Positions 58,454-64,000 of a stretch of DNA of 64,000 bases are shown in pieces (the stretch's first letter is position 1; the number at the start of each line of letters is the position of its first letter). The notes beneath the pieces were generated by a model. It saw only the letters and a list, made by a program, of their open reading frames with translations, did not search any database and had not been told where the DNA came from. The stretch is from a virus. The position numbers and the translations under genes were made by a program. The DNA is taken from the IMG/VR virus record IMGVR_UViG_3300033984_000416, positions 32,001 to 96,000 of that record; one strand, given 5' to 3'.

Positions 58454-59497
58454 TTACGAACATAACCATACATTCTGTGACCCTGTTATTTGATTTGTAC
58501 TTCTATAAATATTATAAATTGTTGAAATACCATATGTATTTACTATGGTAGCCGTACCGACATTTGAATATGGTATATTATTACCGAAACAACCAGTTGT
58601 AGAATCTCTCCAGTCACTTGGCTGACCTAAACCTTGTGGTATTATAACGTAAAGATACTCTGGGCTAGAACTAGCTGTAAATGAAATACCAGTATTTGTA
58701 ACAGTAGTTACCAAATTTGTATTTGATAAACCCGTTATTTGTAATGTTGTTAAGGTTGTACTAACATCTTTACCATAATACCATCTATTTTTCCATGTTC
58801 TACTAATTGTTAACGTAAAATCTACTGAATTAGAGTTAGTTGCAGTTATTTTATACATAGAAATAGTACCAGCACCAGATAATAATATTGTCGAACCTGT
58901 AAGATTTATAATTTCACTACCATCATTGGTACTCCCACTGATTAGATTAACAATACTAGGATATAATTGGTCAATTTTTAAGGTATTTGGTAATATATTA
59001 CTAGAATTTGCTGTTACCCATGAAAAAGTTTGACTACCAGCCAATACTGGTTGACCTAAATCATATTCTGTTGATATATTCGTCCTACCAAAGTTAGAAA
59101 AACTTGGTGTTTGATATGGATATAATAATAAATTCCACATTTCTGTCATCGTTTTATTATTAAAACTAGAACCAGATGCTATACCACCAATTACATTAGG
59201 TGTTGAAGCACTATTAGTGTATGTTTCACCAGTTGATATACCAGTAAGGTTACTACCATCACCATAAAAAGTTGTACCACTAACTACATTGGCAGTAAAA
59301 TCATCATTGGTATATAAATTACCATCGAATGTAATTAAACCAGTACCCATTAAAATCTGAGTATTGCCATCACATGAAACAACAGCGTTAGTGTATAATC
59401 CTGTACATGCTGTAAGCGTTGGCGAACCACCAGTAATTGATAATGGCTCGATTATGAATGTTTGGTTAATATCCGATGTGTTGAAAAAATACGCCAT
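58454..59497 (-). CDS. Fibre/collar-like structural protein (347 aa)
   Basis: SGTTFYGDGSNLTGI knot motif; S/T/G-rich. Confidence 0.6.
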   Translation of the reverse strand: MAYFFNTSDINQTFIIEPLSITGGSPTLTACTGLYTNAVVSCDGNTQILMGTGLITFDGNLYTNDDFTANVVSGTTFYGDGSNLTGISTGETYTNSASTPNVIGGIASGSSFNNKTMTEMWNLLLYPYQTPSFSNFGRTNISTEYDLGQPVLAGSQTFSWVTANSSNILPNTLKIDQLYPSIVNLISGSTNDGSEIINLTGSTILLSGAGTISMYKITATNSNSVDFTLTISRTWKNRWYYGKDVSTTLTTLQITGLSNTNLVTTVTNTGISFTASSSPEYLYVIIPQGLGQPSDWRDSTTGCFGNNIPYSNVGTATIVNTYGISTIYNIYRSTNQITGSQNVWLCS

Positions 59498-60555
59498 TAT
59501 ATTGTACTACCTATTAATTTGAAAGTTCCAGTTGCCAAGAAATTTTTATATACCCTTATATTTATTACATCATTTGCGAAAATAATCAAAGGACTACTTA
59601 AAACCGTACCATCAAATACTCCAACGCCATTAACAGTAATTACAATTCTAGAAAGATACTCAATATCAACTAGTTGTGTAAAATTTACATCATATAATGC
59701 TGTAAACGAGAATTGTGGTTCTGATTTTGGTTTCCAAACAAAACTATAAGTAACAACGTTACCCTTTTTTAAAGGTTCAAAAATTACATTGTTATAAATC
59801 CTAGTATCATCAACTTCCATAGTTAAAACACTTCTATTTATCGTAGGTATAACTTCGTAATCTTCTTCATCTAGAATATAACCCAAAAGTTTCATTTCAA
59901 ACATTTGAACATAAAATCTTCTATTTTCAAAATCTTCAATATTACTCTCATCACCAATAGTTTCTAAATGCAACGGCATAGGGTGACCATTTACGTTGAT
60001 GTAGCATTGTCTTGATTGGAAAGCTCTTTGTATCTTACCATTAAACTTATTTAAGTCCTTCATTTTATTAGTAAACAATCTAACCTCGTAAGTCAAATCG
60101 ACAGCAGTTGGTTGTGGTACCTTATATAAATCAACACCACGTCTAACACCATCCCATGTCGGAACTTTCATATATGTATATGTTTGTTTTCCTGGTATGT
60201 TCCATAATCCAGCTTGGTTTTGACCTTGTTGAATATCTGGTTTTCTAACTATTGTGATAAACGGTAATTCTATGTTTTTGTATTTGTCTGAAAATTGCCA
60301 TGTTCTACTAAATTCAGTCCATCTTTGTATTGTTAAAAATATAACAGGAATCTTGGCACCATCAACACTAATAGAAAGACCTTCATCTAAATTCATAAAT
60401 TCGACAAAGCTTTGGTCCATGTCTTCTTCCATCACTCCTCTTGGTAAATAAGTTCCTTTGTCAGCAATTCCGTCAAGAATTTCTTGTCTTCTAGGGAAAC
60501 CTATCTTACCTTGGGTAATGTCAATATTCGTTTTGTATCCTTTTGGCATTGCCAT
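59497..60555 (-). CDS. Tail completion / sheath stabiliser (T4 gp15-like)
   Basis: IPVIF...LPFITIVR...PTAVDLTYEVRLFT pattern; adjacent to the neck gene. Confidence 0.7.
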   Translation of the reverse strand: MAMPKGYKTNIDITQGKIGFPRRQEILDGIADKGTYLPRGVMEEDMDQSFVEFMNLDEGLSISVDGAKIPVIFLTIQRWTEFSRTWQFSDKYKNIELPFITIVRKPDIQQGQNQAGLWNIPGKQTYTYMKVPTWDGVRRGVDLYKVPQPTAVDLTYEVRLFTNKMKDLNKFNGKIQRAFQSRQCYINVNGHPMPLHLETIGDESNIEDFENRRFYVQMFEMKLLGYILDEEDYEVIPTINRSVLTMEVDDTRIYNNVIFEPLKKGNVVTYSFVWKPKSEPQFSFTALYDVNFTQLVDIEYLSRIVITVNGVGVFDGTVLSSPLIIFANDVINIRVYKNFLATGTFKLIGSTI

Positions 60556-60574
60556 AGTTTCATCTTTTTATTAA

Positions 60575-61093
60575 TTACATTCCTCTGAATTCACTAGCGT
60601 CAACACTTGCACAAACAACTGTTCTAAACGCACCTTTGTAACCCATAATGGTATGTATGTTATCGTAATTTTTAGCCCCATCATTGGAAACACTAAAATA
60701 TCTAATTTCAGTTTCCGTAACAGGATAGCCGATGTAATCACCGTAGCTAATTTCAGTATCTAACTCACTTAATTGAGCTTCGTATATACCAAAGGTTAAT
60801 TGACCATCTTGAAGATATCTCAATCCACCATCCTTGTTATAAGCTTTATTCTCTGGAGCCGCCATAATTGGCATAATCTTAAGTTCTAAAGGTGGGAAAA
60901 ATCTTATACCATCTTTAGATGCCTCACCATACAAGTTATCAGATTCAGTCATTTCTCGATTAACTCGATATAAAATCACTGTAAAGTTTCCATCACCTTC
61001 AATAGCCTCACGACCCATTTCAATTTCTAATTGAAAATCCGATTCAGAGAAAAATTTATTAATTCTCGTAATAGGTACAATAGATTTAGACAT
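60575..61093 (-). CDS. Neck / head-closure protein (T4 gp14-like)
   Basis: DNLYGEA...FFPPLELK...GQLTFGIYEAQLSEL...ISYGDYI. Start MSKSIVP at 61093 overlaps the endonuclease stop. Confidence 0.7.
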   Translation of the reverse strand: MSKSIVPITRINKFFSESDFQLEIEMGREAIEGDGNFTVILYRVNREMTESDNLYGEASKDGIRFFPPLELKIMPIMAAPENKAYNKDGGLRYLQDGQLTFGIYEAQLSELDTEISYGDYIGYPVTETEIRYFSVSNDGAKNYDNIHTIMGYKGAFRTVVCASVDASEFRGM

Positions 61094-61733
61094 ATTTAAC
61101 TCCTTTCTTTTTTGACGGAACACCTTTTTTAGTTTCCGAAATTTTTGTTATTACTTCTTTAGAATGGTTTTTACCATAAAAATGATTTTTTTTACCCATA
61201 TGTGATTCGCTCATTTTTTTCTTTGTTTCTTCACTTAATTTAACACCTTTTTTAGCGTTTCTTATTTTTTCTTTAGTTTCCTCAGACATTGGTTTTCGTT
61301 CAATAAGTTTTTGTGATTCACTCATTTTTTGTTTAGTTTCATTACTAATATTTTTACCTTTATGTGCATTACTTAATTTTTCTTTATGTTCTTCAGTGAA
61401 TTTAATACCGATTCTAACCTCACTCATTTGTTTTTTTGTTTCTTCAGAATGTTTACGATTTAACATCGTCCCATTAGTTCCACCAAGACAAATATTATAA
61501 CCAATTAATTTATCTGTCGATTTATATTTTAAAATATAATTTTGCTCCATTTCATTCAGTTCTTTTTGTGTGTCACATTGACACAAAATTTCTTTTTTAA
61601 AATTTATTAAACCATATTTTTTTATTGCTTTTTTAATTAAATCACCAGAACCAAAATAATTAAAATTGTTTTTACTGTCTTGACCAATATAGATTTTACC
61701 ATTCACTAAATTTGTTGTTTTATATATTACCAT
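61086..61733 (-). mobile_element. Free-standing GIY-YIG homing endonuclease with ~6 NUMOD3 repeats
   Basis: VIYKTTNLVNGKIYIGQ...YFGSG; repeats HSEETKKQMSE, SEETKEKIR, SEETKKKMSESHMG. Confidence 0.92.
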
Positions 61734-61791
61734 AATAATTTTTTTAAATAAATATCATAATTATTCTATTTATGTAAGTTATTGGTGTTAT

Positions 61792-61836
61792 TTATTTATT
61801 GATACGTGTGATTGGTGTTATTTTCTTGTTGTCCAT
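61792..61836 (-). pseudogene. Orphaned 5' end of the neck gene (MDNKKITPITRINK*)
   Basis: Hand-translated; PITRINK is identical to the neck N-terminus MSKSIVPITRINKFF; has its own ATATTTAT motif at 61847. Confidence 0.8.
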
Positions 61837-61944
61837 CGTTTTTATTATAAATATTTATCTTTTGATTAATATCACCAAACACTTGATTTTTATTTATTTT
61901 TTTCTTATATTTAGATATAATTACCAGGATAAAACAAAAAGACA

Positions 61945-63786
61945 TTGATAAATTTAGACGACATACGAGGACATTCAGCAATTTCACTTCTAGAAGATTA
62001 TGAAGGTATTAACCCATATCTTAAGAAATTGAAGATTGCTTACTTAAAGAATAAAAAATTGGCTCTTACTGAGAACCAATCAAAATATATATTAGATAAT
62101 CACGATAGACAACCACAATACATCAATCGAGTGATTGGTATTACTAGCTATCTAGGTGATGAGTTAAAAAAACAAAATGAATTATCATTTACACCAGAGA
62201 AAATTCTAATCGAATTTATACTGGCCGATACTGAAAAAACATTTCACGTTTACGGTAAGCTTAAACAAAACCAAAAAGAATCTAAGATGTATTGGTTACC
62301 TAAAACACAGGTAACTGATGACCCATATTTTGAAGAAATAAAAGTAGAAGTAGATTTTACAAAATACAACGATATCTTAGCTGAGACGGGTAAAAAACTT
62401 TATGAGCATCAAGAAGACGGAATTAAGTTTTTATTGTCTAGAAACGGCTGTATATTAGCTGATGACATGGGATTGGGTAAATCTATACAATCTATTATTG
62501 CTGCGTTAGAAAGCGGAGCCAAAAAGATACTAGTTGTTTGCCCATCTTCAACAAAGATTAACTGGGAAAGAGAAATAAACGTTTTTTGTGACGATACAGC
62601 AATCATTGATGGTAAAAAATGGAACGATGCTAAATTCACGATTATTAACTTTGATATTCTTAAAAATTTCCATACTCTTAGTACTGGTAAAAAAAGAAAA
62701 GAAGGCGAACCAGAAGAAGTATTAAATAGAGAATTAGCCAACGCTGGTTTTGATTTAGCAATCATTGATGAGGCTCATTATTTGAAAAATAATGAAAGTA
62801 TCCGTGGTAAGGTTATGGTAGAGTTATCAACAAAACACAACATTGATAAGGTATGGTTACTTACAGGAACACCTGTTGCCAATAGACCTATGGATTTCTT
62901 TAATCTATTGAAGATTATTAAGTCACCTATTGCCGATAACTGGAAACACTTTGCGGTTAGATATTGTGATGGAAGACAATTCTTTAGAACACTTAAAAAT
63001 GGTCAAAGAAAACAAATATGGTTAACTGACGGTGCTAGTAATCTTGAAGAATTGGCATCGAAAACAAAAAACATTATAGTTAGACGTTTAAAGACTGAAG
63101 TATTGGATATGCCAGACAAGGTAATGACACCTATGCATCATATGTTAGATAAAAAAGGGCTTAAAAATTATGAGTTGCTTTGGGAACAATATACCGAGAA
63201 AAGAAAATTAGAAGGTAAGAAAACGAATGAGTTACAAAAAGATTTGGTTGAACTTATTCTTTTAAGACAATTTATTGCTTTAGAGGCTATTCCTTATACT
63301 ATTGAAATGGTTGAAAATGCGATTGAAATGGGACGTAAGGTAATTGTTTTTACAAGCTTTACCGAAGAATTAGAAATAATAACAAACCATTTTGGAAAGT
63401 TAGCCGTTAAACATAACGGGCCAATGACGACAACACAAAAACAAAGGTCTGTAGATGCTTTCCAAACCAATCCAAAGGTTAAGGTTTTTGTTGGTAACAT
63501 TAAATCAGCTGGTGTTGGTATTACACTTACTGAAGGTACTGTTGTGATATTCAATTCATTTGATTGGGTTCCTGGAAATAATGAACAGGCTGAAGATAGA
63601 GCGTTCCGTATTGGTCAAAAGAATGATGTTAATGTTTACTACCAATTATTTGACGATACAATCTCAACTAGAATGTGGAATATGTTAAACAGTAAAAAAG
63701 ATGTTATATCAACCATTATGGGTGATAAAAAATTAACAGATGATGAAATAACTGCCTTATTGGTGGATGAATTAATAGCAGCATAA
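61945..63786 (+). CDS. SNF2/SWI2-family helicase-like ATPase
   Basis: DDMGLGKS, IIDEAH, LLTGTP, QAEDRAFRIGQ. Confidence 0.93.
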   Translation: MINLDDIRGHSAISLLEDYEGINPYLKKLKIAYLKNKKLALTENQSKYILDNHDRQPQYINRVIGITSYLGDELKKQNELSFTPEKILIEFILADTEKTFHVYGKLKQNQKESKMYWLPKTQVTDDPYFEEIKVEVDFTKYNDILAETGKKLYEHQEDGIKFLLSRNGCILADDMGLGKSIQSIIAALESGAKKILVVCPSSTKINWEREINVFCDDTAIIDGKKWNDAKFTIINFDILKNFHTLSTGKKRKEGEPEEVLNRELANAGFDLAIIDEAHYLKNNESIRGKVMVELSTKHNIDKVWLLTGTPVANRPMDFFNLLKIIKSPIADNWKHFAVRYCDGRQFFRTLKNGQRKQIWLTDGASNLEELASKTKNIIVRRLKTEVLDMPDKVMTPMHHMLDKKGLKNYELLWEQYTEKRKLEGKKTNELQKDLVELILLRQFIALEAIPYTIEMVENAIEMGRKVIVFTSFTEELEIITNHFGKLAVKHNGPMTTTQKQRSVDAFQTNPKVKVFVGNIKSAGVGITLTEGTVVIFNSFDWVPGNNEQAEDRAFRIGQKNDVNVYYQLFDDTISTRMWNMLNSKKDVISTIMGDKKLTDDEITALLVDELIAA

Positions 63787-63788
63787 TT

Positions 63789-64000
63789 ATGGTAACAATT
63801 TACACATTCCCAGAATGTCCATACTGTACAGAATTGAAAGAGATTCTAGTAAGTGAAGGTATTGAATTTAAAGATGTCAATATCAATTTAGATGAAAATA
63901 AAGAAGAATTCGAAGCAATTCTAGAAGTTTCAAAAGCAGAAGAAGTACCTGTAATTAAAATAGGTAAACAATTGCTTATTCCTAATGTTTCTTTTAGAAG
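63789..64000 (+). CDS. Glutaredoxin (NrdH-like), partial at the window end
   Basis: Hand-translated MVTIYTFPECPYCTELKEIL...EVPVIKIG; CPYC active site. Confidence 0.88.
   Translation, partial: MVTIYTFPECPYCTELKEILVSEGIEFKDVNINLDENKEEFEAILEVSKAEEVPVIKIGKQLLIPNVSFR

Noticed and set aside
61086-61836. Group I intron interrupting the neck gene
   Set aside because: Only ~58 nt of non-coding sequence lies upstream of the endonuclease and none downstream, too little for a ribozyme core; the downstream part has its own ATG.
1879-61854. Reading the motif as T4-type TATAAATA late promoters
   Set aside because: In that orientation they would point away from the adjacent genes; on the coding strand the motif reads ATATTTAT.
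61796-61987. 63-aa minus-strand ORF in the track
   Set aside because: It overlaps the helicase start and divergent promoter region with poor composition; the 14-codon neck remnant in another frame explains the region better.
4302-63554. Numerous 60-200 aa ORFs antisense to or nested in large genes
   Set aside because: They shadow well-supported genes, show the hydrophobic or Ser-rich bias expected from antisense frames, and lack recognisable promoters or motifs.
1-64000. Stop-codon reassignment as in some Bacteroidota phages
   Set aside because: Genes are full-length and tightly packed under the standard code, and the only long gap looks like structured RNA rather than a fragmented ORF.

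Overview
This window is a segment of a large, very AT-rich lytic myovirus (contractile-tailed, probably jumbo-class phage). Host-type TTG-N19/20-TAnnTTTG promoters, A-rich start regions without Shine-Dalgarno motifs and SprB-like repeats point to a Bacteroidota host. Almost everything is on the minus strand: neck and tail-completion genes, five fibre-like genes, sheath, tube, chaperone, tape measure, baseplate hub and wedge genes, and several large Cys-rich baseplate proteins. A replication/nucleotide block (NrdAB, DnaB-like helicase, 5'-3' exonuclease, RecA/UvsX, SSB) is embedded among the baseplate genes. An SNF2 helicase and a glutaredoxin diverge at the right end. The most unusual elements are: (1) a ~750-nt, densely structured non-coding RNA candidate (49612-50361) upstream of the sheath gene, flanked by an unannotated ribbon-helix-helix gene and an orphan ORF; (2) a GIY-YIG homing endonuclease that appears to have split the neck gene and supplied a synonymously recoded replacement N-terminus; (3) a probable +1 frameshift joining the gp26-like and gp51-like chaperone ORFs; (4) a promoter / 75-nt G+C-free repeat / terminator unit that resembles an origin; (5) a recurrent ATATTTAT upstream motif that differs by one base from the host -7 element. 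All family assignments come from motif recognition by eye; no database searches were run.
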